This document shows positions 9,666 to 18,985 of a stretch of DNA of 64,000 nt, in pieces. The notes under the pieces were generated by a model. It was not told where the DNA came from, made no database searches, and saw only the letters and a program-made list of their open reading frames with translations. Where the stretch lies: IMG/VR virus record IMGVR_UViG_3300049825_000444. One strand, given 5' to 3'. Position numbers and translations under genes: made by a program. Origin of the DNA: an uncultured virus (IMG/VR IMGVR_UViG_3300049825_000444). Its lineage: Duplodnaviria; Heunggongvirae; Uroviricota; Caudoviricetes. Each line of letters starts with the position of its first letter. The first letter of the stretch is position 1.

Positions 9666-10650
9666 AACAATAAATGCTTCTAGAATTGTTTGGAGTAAAG
9701 AATATGCTGGATATATATTCTCAGACTTAGGTAAATATCAAGGTAAAGTATTATGTACTCCAGAAGAATTGCGTCAAATTGAAACTGATGATTTCTCTTG
9801 TCTTAAAGAATTAAATATTCCTGACGAAAAACTTAGTGTTGGTTTTTCTGTAGAAGATAACCATACTAATATGACAGATCTTTGGGGAAGTGTATATCTT
9901 AACGAAAGTGAAAACAATCTACCTTATGGTGCTTTTGAAATTCAATTAAATGAACGTATTGGTTATTTTTTTAAACCATATAAAAACGCTTTGGATAATC
10001 CAAACCTTATCCCTAATAAAAATTTACCACAACAAGTTAAAGATTTTTTTGAAAATGGACAAACTGGTAGAAAAAACAAATTGGGTATGCTTTTATATGG
10101 AAATCCTGGAAACGGTAAAACCTCAGAAGCTATGCAATTATTTGCTTTATGTGATGAATTAAAAATGCGAATATTTATTGTTGATACCGATGTTAAAGTT
10201 AATTTTCTAAATAAAATTAGACCACTTCTAGAAACAGAAAGAACCATTTTTATTTTTGAAGAGATCACAGAAAGACTTTCAAAACGGGGCGTAGAAGAAA
10301 TCCTGACCTTCCTTGATGGCGAAAATTCTTGGAATAACTCTATTACAATTGCAACAACTAATTATCCTGAAGACTTACCGGCGAATTTGGTTGATAGACC
10401 AGGAAGATTTTCTACTTTTATTAAATACGAAAACCCAACTAAACAAAATATTATTGATTTAGGTAAAAAGTTTGATTATACAGAAGAAGAAAGTGTTGTT
10501 TTAGCTGGAAAAGATTTAAGCTTTGATTATGTATCATTTATTATGTCTCAATCTAGAAAACTAAATAAAACATTATTAGAAACTGTTCAATTTGAAGAAG
10601 AAAAACGAAGAAGATTATCTTTAACATTTAAAGGAAGCATGGGCATATGA
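9637..10650 (+). CDS. AAA+ ATPase
   Basis: LLYGNPGNGKT, IFEEI, ATTNYP..L...LVDRPGRF; GGAG SD before the ATG at 9637. Confidence 0.88.
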   Translation: MKFYKAKKVETINASRIVWSKEYAGYIFSDLGKYQGKVLCTPEELRQIETDDFSCLKELNIPDEKLSVGFSVEDNHTNMTDLWGSVYLNESENNLPYGAFEIQLNERIGYFFKPYKNALDNPNLIPNKNLPQQVKDFFENGQTGRKNKLGMLLYGNPGNGKTSEAMQLFALCDELKMRIFIVDTDVKVNFLNKIRPLLETERTIFIFEEITERLSKRGVEEILTFLDGENSWNNSITIATTNYPEDLPANLVDRPGRFSTFIKYENPTKQNIIDLGKKFDYTEEESVVLAGKDLSFDYVSFIMSQSRKLNKTLLETVQFEEEKRRRLSLTFKGSMGI

Positions 10651-10859
10651 AACGCTCAGAAATGCTAACCTACATGACCAATGTATGGAATTTTGCTTGC
10701 TCAACTATGATTAAAGACGATCTGAGTATGAAAATGGACACATTATTGAAGTCAATTGAAGCACAAGGTATGTTACCTCCTGAAATTAAAATTAAGCAAA
10801 AAAGACTACTTATTGGTACTAAAATTGAAAAAATCAACAAATGGGAATCTGAAAAATAA
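10647..10859 (+). CDS. Hypothetical protein
   Basis: MKRSEM...GMLPP...WE motif; coupled. Confidence 0.6.
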   Translation: MKRSEMLTYMTNVWNFACSTMIKDDLSMKMDTLLKSIEAQGMLPPEIKIKQKRLLIGTKIEKINKWESEK

Positions 10860-11086
10860 TGGTCATACATAACCTAGACGAATACAGATTAGCTAAGATG
10901 GTAGCTAAAGACTACCCTAAAGCTCTTAAAAACATAGACAAATCATTAGAAATGTTATATAATTATAAGAATTATGTTGATGTTGCTATGTGTATTAATC
11001 AATTATATGATTCAAAGCATATGATGGAAATTACATTAAATGTTTGTAAACATGTATTAAAAAATAACGGGAGAACTAATGTCTAA
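10859..11086 (+). CDS. Hypothetical protein
   Basis: Coupled ORF. Confidence 0.55.
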   Translation: MVIHNLDEYRLAKMVAKDYPKALKNIDKSLEMLYNYKNYVDVAMCINQLYDSKHMMEITLNVCKHVLKNNGRTNV

Positions 11087-12368
11087 ATATAAATTGAGTA
11101 ATATTTTAGCCAAAATCATTTCTTTAGCTAAAGAAAATAATATTTTAGCTAGTGAAGTAAAGTTAACACAATTAAATGAAGCTGGTATTTCTGAAAGACA
11201 ATTAAGACATTTTGGTGGGCTAATTGCTATTAAAAAAGCACACTTTCCTGATACAGAAAAAGAACTTTCTGATATTGCAGAATTAAAAGAGACATCTAAA
11301 TACATCAACTCTTTAGAATCTAAATTAAGTAAAAAAGAATTTCTGGATAGTAGTATTTTAAATATTATTAAAGATAAATTACAACCATTACCTATTCCAA
11401 AAAATCAACAGACCAAGGCTAAACCTAATAAAACTAAACGAGTCCGAGAAGTGGTGGCAATGCTTAATGATACTCACTATGGACTTATTGTTAATGCTGA
11501 AGAAGTGGATGGTCTTAATCAATTCTCTTGGACAGAAGCTTGCCGCCGAACAGCTTATTTTATTAAAGAAGTAAATGACTATAAACCACACACCAGAGAT
11601 GAAACTAAAAAGCTTCATCTAATTTTAAATGGTGACTTAATTAATGGTATTATTCATGGACTAACATCTCGTACCATGGAACTTTGGGTTCATCAAATGA
11701 ACGGGGCACTACATATCCTGACTCATGCAATTCATTCTTTATCTGGAGAATTTAATGAGATTGAAGTTCATGGAATTGGTGGTAATCATGAAGAATTGCC
11801 TCACAAACGAGAACATGGAAAAAGAGCTACACAAGAACATTATGATAATTTTTCTAATGCTATGTTTTATTCATTATCGGTAGCTTTTAGACAATATAAA
11901 AATATTAAATTTAACTTTCCAAAAACGCCATATTTGTTTATGAATTTACCAGCAGGAAGAGCCATGGTATGTCATGGTCATAATATGTTTTCAAGACAGC
12001 TAGGAAATCCTGGAACTAGCATTAATGTTAAATCATTATCAGCTGCCATTAGAGAATTTAATGCTGGAGAACAGCTAAAAGGTAGAGAACCAGTTAAACT
12101 TGTATTATTTGGACATACTCATACTTATGCACATTTTATTACGGTAGATGGTGTTGAAGTTTATGTTGCTCCATCTCTTTCAGGAATTGATGGGTTTGCT
12201 CATCAACTAACTATTAACACCAATTTTATTGGACAAGTTGTATTTGAATCAACTAAAGAATTTATCTTAGGTGACTCTCGATTGATTAGACTAAAAGATG
12301 CTGATACAGATAAAGAATTAGATACAATCATTCCTGTGTATAAAAATGAATTAAAGATTGGTGTATGA
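11079..12368 (+). CDS. Calcineurin-like metallophosphoesterase
   Basis: DTHYG, GDLING, GNHE, HGH and GHTH motifs. Confidence 0.85.
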   Translation: MSKYKLSNILAKIISLAKENNILASEVKLTQLNEAGISERQLRHFGGLIAIKKAHFPDTEKELSDIAELKETSKYINSLESKLSKKEFLDSSILNIIKDKLQPLPIPKNQQTKAKPNKTKRVREVVAMLNDTHYGLIVNAEEVDGLNQFSWTEACRRTAYFIKEVNDYKPHTRDETKKLHLILNGDLINGIIHGLTSRTMELWVHQMNGALHILTHAIHSLSGEFNEIEVHGIGGNHEELPHKREHGKRATQEHYDNFSNAMFYSLSVAFRQYKNIKFNFPKTPYLFMNLPAGRAMVCHGHNMFSRQLGNPGTSINVKSLSAAIREFNAGEQLKGREPVKLVLFGHTHTYAHFITVDGVEVYVAPSLSGIDGFAHQLTINTNFIGQVVFESTKEFILGDSRLIRLKDADTDKELDTIIPVYKNELKIGV

Positions 12369-12371
12369 TAT

Positions 12372-12600
12372 ATGTCAAAAAACTACAAAGAAAGTGTAAT
12401 TGTTTTAAATCCTATATCTGAATTAGATTTAATTAGATCTGTTAGTAATGAAAGTCGTACCATGTTTTATGAACCTTCAGATGTTTTTGTAAAAAACAGA
12501 TCCTAAAATTATCGAAAAATTAGATTTAATTATTCTTTTATTACAAAATTTAAATTTAGCATCAAAGGAAACACTAAATGATGAAAAAAATAGCAAGTAA
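12372..12600 (+). pseudogene. Small ORF apparently broken by a +1 frameshift in an A6 run
   Basis: Frame from the ATG at 12372 stops at 12506; the +1 frame stays open to 12600. Confidence 0.35.
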
Positions 12601-13285
12601 AGAACAACCTTTAGTCACAAAAGAAGTACGTTTTGATAGTGCTTCTTTTTGGTTAAATAATGGTGTGGACTTTGAATCTAGAAGAATTCATGTTGATATG
12701 GATGTTGATAACATTATGTCATCAATTATCATCAGAGCCTTACTTAAAATGAGCGAAAATAACAATTCCCCCATTGAAATTTACATTTCATCATTTGGTG
12801 GAGTGGTTCATGATGGTTTAGCTATTTATGATGCAATTAGAGCATGTCCTTGTGAAGTATTTATTTACGGATTTGGTAAAGTAATGTCTTCAGCTTTTAT
12901 TATATTCTTAGCTGGAGATCAAAGATTATGTGCCCAGAATACAACATTTATGATGCACACATTAAGCTATTCCGGTGAAGGAAAGCTTAAAGATCAAGAA
13001 ATTGACGTTCAGGAAGCCAAAAGGCTTAATAATGTATTTTTAGACATCCTGGCAGAACGTACTAAGCGTAATCGTAAATGGTGGTATCGACAAATCATTA
13101 GTCATGATAAACATTTTGATTTGACACAAGCTAGAGATTGTGGTTTACTAACTGAAGTAACTCGAAAGGTTAAAAATGAAAAAACAATTAAAAAAGTCAC
13201 CAAACCAAAAGCTAAAATTCCAAAAGTTCTTAAAAAACCTAAACCAACAACAAAAAAACGAAGCAACAAAAAACGACCTAGGTAA
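12578..13285 (+). CDS. ClpP-like serine protease
   Basis: YISSFGG.V.DGLAIYDAI, GKVMSSA (Ser), FMMH (His). Confidence 0.88.
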   Translation: MMKKIASKEQPLVTKEVRFDSASFWLNNGVDFESRRIHVDMDVDNIMSSIIIRALLKMSENNNSPIEIYISSFGGVVHDGLAIYDAIRACPCEVFIYGFGKVMSSAFIIFLAGDQRLCAQNTTFMMHTLSYSGEGKLKDQEIDVQEAKRLNNVFLDILAERTKRNRKWWYRQIISHDKHFDLTQARDCGLLTEVTRKVKNEKTIKKVTKPKAKIPKVLKKPKPTTKKRSNKKRPR

Positions 13286-13553
13286 ACCACCATTATCAAT
13301 TTTAACAAAAGAAAGTCTTATTGCTGAAGCACAAGCATTTGCTTATGGTGCTAAAAAATATGATAGGAATAATTATAAAAAAGGTATGGATTGGACTAGA
13401 ATTATTGACGCAGCTATGAGACACTTATCAGCTTTTAATGCTAAAGAAGATTTTGATGTAGAATCTGGATTAAATCATTTATGGCACACCAAAGCTTGTA
13501 TTGCTATGCTTATTTACTACTATGAAAATAAAGTAGGTAAAGATGATAGATAA
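13176..13553 (+). CDS. dATP/dGTP diphosphohydrolase-like protein (DUF5664-like)
   Basis: KNDLGKP, YGAKKY..NNY.KG, AAMRHL, D.ESGLNHL.H. Confidence 0.8.
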   Translation: MKKQLKKSPNQKLKFQKFLKNLNQQQKNEATKNDLGKPPLSILTKESLIAEAQAFAYGAKKYDRNNYKKGMDWTRIIDAAMRHLSAFNAKEDFDVESGLNHLWHTKACIAMLIYYYENKVGKDDR

Positions 13554-13565
13554 AGGATTAATCAA

Positions 13566-13910
13566 ATGTTAGTAACTGAATCAGAAACTATATTTTATGT
13601 TGATGTGGATGAAACATTAATTTTTGAATGTGATAAAAAACATAAAGATGGGTTTAAAGCTATTTATTATAAAGAGACTAAATGGGTTAGGTCACATAAA
13701 AAACATATTGATTTTGTTAAGTCATTAAAAGATAGAGGATATTACGTTATTGTTCATAGTGGTAATGGTTGGAAATGGGCTAAAGAAATTATCTGTAAGT
13801 TAAATTTACAGGATTATGTTCATGAGGTAAAATCTAAACCTATAAAACATTTAGACGATAAGCCATCAAATGAGTGGATGGGACAACGAGTTTATATTGA
13901 TGAAAACTGA
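13566..13910 (+). CDS. HAD-superfamily phosphatase-like protein
   Basis: DVDETL motif I, HSG motif II, KP...DD motifs III/IV. Confidence 0.7.
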   Translation: MLVTESETIFYVDVDETLIFECDKKHKDGFKAIYYKETKWVRSHKKHIDFVKSLKDRGYYVIVHSGNGWKWAKEIICKLNLQDYVHEVKSKPIKHLDDKPSNEWMGQRVYIDEN

Positions 13911-14385
13911 TATAGAACAAGATTATATTAATTTTAAACCAATAGTAAAAAATGCTTCTAAATTTGAAATTAGAAAAAGTGAATTATTTGATGACTTTTA
14001 TCACAATGTATTTTTTAATCTATTAAAATTTCCTGAAAAATATAAAGAAATTGAAAACAAAAAGAATTATTTAGTAAAAGCTGTTTATAATCAATGGAGA
14101 AATCATTATACAGTTAATAAAAAATATGTATACGATCAAGCTGCGTTGACTTTTATTATAGAAAATACCATTGATGAAATAACTTCATTATATGAAAAAT
14201 ATTTAATTGATTGGGATTTAATTCAACATGTTCAATACTTAGTATCTGAATATCCAGAAAAACAAAGAGAAATGATTATAGCCAAAATATCTGATATCAA
14301 AATCCCTGGAAATTATGATTCTAATAAAACTAACTACCGTCTAGCTCTTTTAAAATTAAAAAAAGATATGCAACATTTAAAATAA
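13900..14385 (+). CDS. ECF-like RNA polymerase sigma factor (putative)
   Basis: DDFYHNVFFNL...YLVKAVYNQWRNHY resembles ECF region 2; YPEKQRE...YRLALLKLKK resembles region 4. Confidence 0.6.
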   Translation: MKTDIEQDYINFKPIVKNASKFEIRKSELFDDFYHNVFFNLLKFPEKYKEIENKKNYLVKAVYNQWRNHYTVNKKYVYDQAALTFIIENTIDEITSLYEKYLIDWDLIQHVQYLVSEYPEKQREMIIAKISDIKIPGNYDSNKTNYRLALLKLKKDMQHLK

Positions 14386-14414
14386 TTCAATGATTACATA
14401 TACTTAATTATTTG

Positions 14415-14443
14415 TTGACATTTAACCATATATTTGATATAAT
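14415..14443 (+). promoter_or_regulatory. sigma70 consensus promoter
   Basis: TTGACA-N17-TATAAT, intergenic. Confidence 0.85.
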
Positions 14444-14464
14444 AGTGTTATAAAGGATAATTTT

Positions 14465-14698
14465 ATGAAAAATGTTATTAATATTTTACAACAATCTAAG
14501 AATTCATTATTAAATCAACTTAAAGTCGAACAAGAAGATTTAGTACAAGCAAAAGATGCTGTAACTAGTTATGAAAAATCTGTTTCACTAATTGAACAAC
14601 GAATTAAGGAGATTGAAGATGCAATCAAAGCCCTTGGTAACAGTAGCTCGACAACCGATGACAAATCCGGTACTAAAAGTAAAAAAACTAAATCCTAA
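14465..14698 (+). CDS. Coiled-coil hypothetical protein
   Basis: AAGGA SD; heptad pattern. Confidence 0.6.
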   Translation: MKNVINILQQSKNSLLNQLKVEQEDLVQAKDAVTSYEKSVSLIEQRIKEIEDAIKALGNSSSTTDDKSGTKSKKTKS

Positions 14699-15095
14699 TG
14701 CCGTAATTCCAACTAGAGGATCTGAAAAAGCTTCAGGATTAGACTTGTCTGCTCTTGAAAATTATACAATTAATGCTAATACAACAACACTAGTTCAAAC
14801 TGGAATTGCTTTTGGTATTCCCGAAGGTTATGAAATTCAGGTAAGACCAAGATCGGGACTAAGTTTAAAAACTGGATTAAGAGTTGCTAATGCCCCAGGT
14901 ACTGTTGATAAAGACTTTACTGGTGAATGTTGCGTTATTTTATGGAATACAACAGGTAAAGATATTAAAATTTTAAAAGGTGACAGAATTGCACAAGCTG
15001 TTCTATGTCCAGTAATTCTACCTGATGTTGTTATTGTTGATTCATTAGAAGAAACTAAGCGAGGGGAAAATGGATTTGGTTCAACAGACGTATAA
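14658..15095 (+). CDS. dut: Trimeric dUTPase
   Basis: ASGLDL, RPRSGL, PGTVD.DF.GE, GDRIAQ, RGENGFGST; start probably MTNPVL. Confidence 0.93.
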   Translation: MTNPVLKVKKLNPNAVIPTRGSEKASGLDLSALENYTINANTTTLVQTGIAFGIPEGYEIQVRPRSGLSLKTGLRVANAPGTVDKDFTGECCVILWNTTGKDIKILKGDRIAQAVLCPVILPDVVIVDSLEETKRGENGFGSTDV

Positions 15096-15276
15096 ATTTA
15101 AATTATTTTTAGAAAGCTCTAGTGGCACAAGATTATTAAATTATACTGAATCTGCTGAAAATATTGAAGTTGCTATGCGAAACATTTATGCTCAAAGATT
15201 TATTATTATTGATAACACTTTATATAATTTTGACAAAAATGGATACAGGTTATTAGAAATTACACATGTTAAATAA
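15070..15276 (+). CDS. Hypothetical protein
   Basis: GAGGGG SD; overlapping ORF. Confidence 0.5.
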   Translation: MDLVQQTYKFKLFLESSSGTRLLNYTESAENIEVAMRNIYAQRFIIIDNTLYNFDKNGYRLLEITHVK

Positions 15277-15604
15277 AATTAAACAAAAGAGCAAAACTAC
15301 AGCTATGAGTAAAACTCGCCGTAAATCGCATGGTGAAGGTGAACATTTTAAAGGTATCATAAGGGAATTAACTAAGGAAAATCGACAACTTAAGAAGGAA
15401 TTAAAGCATCTTAAAAAGGGTGAAAATCTTTATGAAAACAATAAAGAAGAAATTCAAGAGATTTTAGAAAAGAAAAATGAACCTGATGCTACTAAGCAAA
15501 AATTATGTACTGATTGTTTTAAAGGGTATTTTGAAGAAATTGAAATTTTAGGAAAAGTTTTTGGAACTTGTGGTACTTGTGGATTTAGAAAGAAATTAAA
15601 ATGA
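15266..15604 (+). CDS. Coiled-coil protein with C-terminal Zn ribbon
   Basis: CxxC...CxxC at the C-terminus. Confidence 0.6.
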   Translation: MLNKIKQKSKTTAMSKTRRKSHGEGEHFKGIIRELTKENRQLKKELKHLKKGENLYENNKEEIQEILEKKNEPDATKQKLCTDCFKGYFEEIEILGKVFGTCGTCGFRKKLK

Positions 15605-15822
15605 TTTTACGTAGAAAAGGTACTACGGATAAACAATTTATAATTTTATTAAGTTTTGAAATTAATAAACTTGAAAAACAACTTTACGATTTACAAAAGA
15701 AATATGATGATATGTGTCTTGAAAAACATTTGATTAGTTTAACCGATTTTCTTAAAACTAGAGAAGAAAATATTGCACTTATTGATAAATTAAAATCTTA
15801 TAATTTATGGACGGGAAAGTAA
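15601..15822 (+). CDS. Hypothetical protein
   Basis: Coupled ORF. Confidence 0.5.
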   Translation: MILRRKGTTDKQFIILLSFEINKLEKQLYDLQKKYDDMCLEKHLISLTDFLKTREENIALIDKLKSYNLWTGK

Positions 15823-16295
15823 TGCCAAGGTCTTTACCAAAATCTTTAATGTCCTGGTTAATTCCAAAACTTAGACGTCATTCATTAATCTGGCCTGGTA
15901 AAGCTATTGCTAGAGATGAAGCTAGGGTTGAGGTTGAAGATGGTAAATTTAAAAATGGTAATTCTAAATTTAAAGTTATGTATGAATGTGCCGAATGTAA
16001 ACGTCAAGGTATTAAAAAATACCATGAAAAACATTTAACTCAGATGGATCATATCAAACCCGCCATGGATATAGCAGGATTTACTACTTGGGATGATTTT
16101 TTAAATAGATTATTCTGTAAACCAGATAATTACCAATGTCTTTGTCTAGACCATCATGAAGAAAAAACTGGCAAAGAAAACATTAAAAGAAGATTCAATA
16201 AACAAAAACAAGATAAAAAACTTACCAAATCGAATAAAAGCACTTTTAACGCTAGAAAAAAAGTGAATAAAAGATTGACATCTAAAAGAAAATAG
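15822..16295 (+). CDS. HNH endonuclease-like protein
   Basis: CAEC...MDHIKP...NYQCLC.DHH.EKT. Confidence 0.75.
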   Translation: MPRSLPKSLMSWLIPKLRRHSLIWPGKAIARDEARVEVEDGKFKNGNSKFKVMYECAECKRQGIKKYHEKHLTQMDHIKPAMDIAGFTTWDDFLNRLFCKPDNYQCLCLDHHEEKTGKENIKRRFNKQKQDKKLTKSNKSTFNARKKVNKRLTSKRK

Positions 16296-16303
16296 GATAT
16301 AAT
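16275..16303 (+). promoter_or_regulatory. sigma70 consensus promoter
   Basis: TTGACA-N17-TATAAT; ATG begins 7 nt after the -10 element. Confidence 0.8.
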
Positions 16304-16309
16304 ATCAAT

Positions 16310-16609
16310 ATGATACAAAAAATTAAAGATTTTCTAGAATTTGCGTCTACACAAGGTTTAAGATTACCAGGTGCTTATGATGCTGAAAAGCAAGGACCAT
16401 CGGTTTCTTTGTTATTTTCACATGTAGCTAACGCTATCGCAGTTTTGGGTATAGGGTTATCCATTAATAAAGACGTACTATCTGGTACGGTACTAGCTAT
16501 GATTTATTCTGTACTTATGTTAGTATTTTATCTAATGAGAAGAATTAAATCTTTTAAAGCCGATTTAGATGATAAATCTATTTCTTTAGATAGTGGAGAG
16601 GATAAATAA
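16310..16609 (+). CDS. Two-TM membrane protein (holin-like)
   Basis: Two hydrophobic segments and a charged C-terminus. Confidence 0.5.
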   Translation: MIQKIKDFLEFASTQGLRLPGAYDAEKQGPSVSLLFSHVANAIAVLGIGLSINKDVLSGTVLAMIYSVLMLVFYLMRRIKSFKADLDDKSISLDSGEDK

Positions 16610-16827
16610 TGCAAGAAGCTTTACCTTATGCTTTAGTTGCTTTATTTGTTGGTGGGTTTTTTTACATAAAATTATATTATAATAAATTAAAATTAGCTCA
16701 AAAAATCAAGGAAGATTCTGAGCTGACCAAAAAACAAGAAACCTTATCACAAGATATTAATGATTTAAAAGAAAAAATAAAACAAACAAACATAGAAAAC
16801 CCAGAAGATTTCTGGAGAAAGAATTAA
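16609..16827 (+). CDS. N-terminal TM plus coiled-coil protein
   Basis: Single TM followed by heptads. Confidence 0.5.
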   Translation: MQEALPYALVALFVGGFFYIKLYYNKLKLAQKIKEDSELTKKQETLSQDINDLKEKIKQTNIENPEDFWRKN

Positions 16828-16828
16828 A

Positions 16829-17725
16829 ATGAATTTAAATATTTTAACAAAAGTAGCAGCTGTTGTCTGTCTAGTTGGTGCTTTTACAATATACGCAAGA
16901 TCTGGCTCTTCTAAAGCCAACCCACAAACATCACCACAGAAATCAACTGTGATGATTACTAACTTACAAGGAAATTCAGGTGGTTCCGGCGTTACTATTG
17001 AAACTTCAGATAAAGGTTCTAAAGTATTAACTAATGGTCATGTTTGTGAAGTTGCTGTAAATGGTGGTAAAGTTATTGATTCGGATGGTTCTGAATATCT
17101 TGTTCAAACAATGCAAAAATCTAATATTCATGATTTATGCATTATCCAAGTTCCTGGAAAACTAAATCAAGCAGCTAAAATTGCTGATCGTTCGCCTAAA
17201 AAGTTTGAAGAATCTACAACAATTGGACACCCACACTTACTTCCAGATATTATTTCTAAAGGACATTTTTCATCAACCATGACAATTCAAGTTGTAATGG
17301 GATTTAAAGATTGTGTTGAAGATGAAATTACTAATGAAGAAGAAGCTTTAATGTGTGCTTTCTTTGGACAAATGCCTATTATTAAAACATATAACGCTCA
17401 AGTAACTTCTAATTTAATTCTACCAGGATCAAGTGGTAGTGCCGTCTATAATTCAGATAATGAACTTTCAGGATTAGTGTTTGCTGGTAGTGAAGGTTTA
17501 AGCTATGCTTTTATTGTTCCATATGAATATCTAGTATCATTTGTTTATGTTGAATCTAAAGTTACTTCAACTGTAGCACCTAATTATACTAATAATAAAG
17601 GTAAAGCTAAAAAATCACAAAGAGAAATGTTTCAAGAATTTAAAGCAAAATGTCAAACATCTACCAGCGAAACAATTAAGAATATTTGTCGAGAAGTTTT
17701 AAATGATAGTCTTGTAGGTTTTTAA
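16829..17725 (+). CDS. Trypsin-like serine protease, exported or membrane-anchored
   Basis: TNGHVC (His), HDLC (Asp), PGSSGS (Ser); hydrophobic N-terminus. Confidence 0.85.
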   Translation: MNLNILTKVAAVVCLVGAFTIYARSGSSKANPQTSPQKSTVMITNLQGNSGGSGVTIETSDKGSKVLTNGHVCEVAVNGGKVIDSDGSEYLVQTMQKSNIHDLCIIQVPGKLNQAAKIADRSPKKFEESTTIGHPHLLPDIISKGHFSSTMTIQVVMGFKDCVEDEITNEEEALMCAFFGQMPIIKTYNAQVTSNLILPGSSGSAVYNSDNELSGLVFAGSEGLSYAFIVPYEYLVSFVYVESKVTSTVAPNYTNNKGKAKKSQREMFQEFKAKCQTSTSETIKNICREVLNDSLVGF

Positions 17726-18096
17726 TGAAAAAATATTTAGTTGTTTTATTTCTAATTCCTTCATTAACATGGGCTGAATGTAAACAGCCCGTTTCTCTAT
17801 TAAAAGAGGGTGAAAAAGCTGAATGTTTGGGGTATTTATTTACTCCAGAAAAAGAAGCTGAAGTTAGAACTAAAATAGCTAATTATAATAATTTAGATCT
17901 TATTACAAAAAAACAAGATGAACTTATTGATATTTTAAATAAACGAGTTTATAATCAAATTGAACAAAATCAATTACTTAGTAACCAATTAGAACTTAGA
18001 GAAAAAGAATCTTTTACACAAAAAGCTATATTTTTTATTGTAGGTGCTGTGGTTACAGGTCTTATTGCATATGGAACAGTACAAGCTGTAAAATAA
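17725..18096 (+). CDS. Signal peptide, coiled coil and C-terminal TM protein
   Basis: MKKYLVVLFLIPSLTWA signal; C-terminal hydrophobic helix. Confidence 0.6.
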   Translation: MKKYLVVLFLIPSLTWAECKQPVSLLKEGEKAECLGYLFTPEKEAEVRTKIANYNNLDLITKKQDELIDILNKRVYNQIEQNQLLSNQLELREKESFTQKAIFFIVGAVVTGLIAYGTVQAVK

Positions 18097-18498
18097 ATGG
18101 AACCTCAAGATAAAGCTAAACTTATTCAAATAGCTAAAAAAAAGCTAAAAGATAACAAAAAGATTAAAGCTAATTCTGACACAGAAATTGTCAATCATTT
18201 TATTATTTCAGAACAAATTAAAGCCCATGACTCATGTTTTGTACCAGCAGTTCTTATTTATGATAAATATGAATCCTGGGCAAAAACTAATGGAGTCAAA
18301 ATCCTAAAATATAAATATTTCTTTAGTATTTTAATTAGGTTTTTTCAAAGAAAATTACGTAATCAATTAACATATTATTTTATATCCAGTGAAGGATTTA
18401 ATTTAAACCCAACTTATGTTGAGTCGATAAGACAGAAATGGATTTCTTTAAATGAAAAAAATAAAGAAAAGAAAAAACAAAAAGACCCAAGAGTTTAA
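18097..18498 (+). CDS. Putative winged-helix DNA-binding protein
   Basis: F..E......VP...IY..Y..W...NG......F pattern like D5/P4-alpha C-terminal domains. Confidence 0.45.
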   Translation: MEPQDKAKLIQIAKKKLKDNKKIKANSDTEIVNHFIISEQIKAHDSCFVPAVLIYDKYESWAKTNGVKILKYKYFFSILIRFFQRKLRNQLTYYFISSEGFNLNPTYVESIRQKWISLNEKNKEKKKQKDPRV

Positions 18499-18985
18499 GC
18501 TTAAAAAAAATGTTAGACTAAAATCATTAAATCCTGCAAATGTTCCAAGAGTTAGGAAAGAGTTTTTAGATGCAGATTATCTAAAAGACTTAACTCCTGA
18601 ACAATTAAGATGGTATGCACAATTTACTGATGAATGGCTTGGTGGTAATGTTAGAAAAACTAAAGCTGGTAAAGTAAAAGCTGGGCATATACATAATACA
18701 AAAGAATTAGCTAAAGATTGTTACGATAGAAATAATTGGCGAAACAATGATGTATATGGGGTTACTAAAGCTAATTACTTAATGAGCGATTTAGATTCGG
18801 CTCTAGAAAACCAAGACGGTTGGTATGTAAAAGATTTTCAAAAAACAGAAGAAGCTTTGGTACATGATATAGATGAGAAAAAATTTGAAACCGTTCTTTT
18901 AACCTTAGAAGAATTTCTTAAAGTTAAAAATAACATGAATCCTGAATTAGTTGCTATGTATAAAAAATATTATAAATTAAAATAA
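18452..18985 (+). CDS. Basic hypothetical protein
   Basis: 177 aa; last gene of the plus-strand arm. Confidence 0.6.
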   Translation: MKKIKKRKNKKTQEFKLKKNVRLKSLNPANVPRVRKEFLDADYLKDLTPEQLRWYAQFTDEWLGGNVRKTKAGKVKAGHIHNTKELAKDCYDRNNWRNNDVYGVTKANYLMSDLDSALENQDGWYVKDFQKTEEALVHDIDEKKFETVLLTLEEFLKVKNNMNPELVAMYKKYYKLK

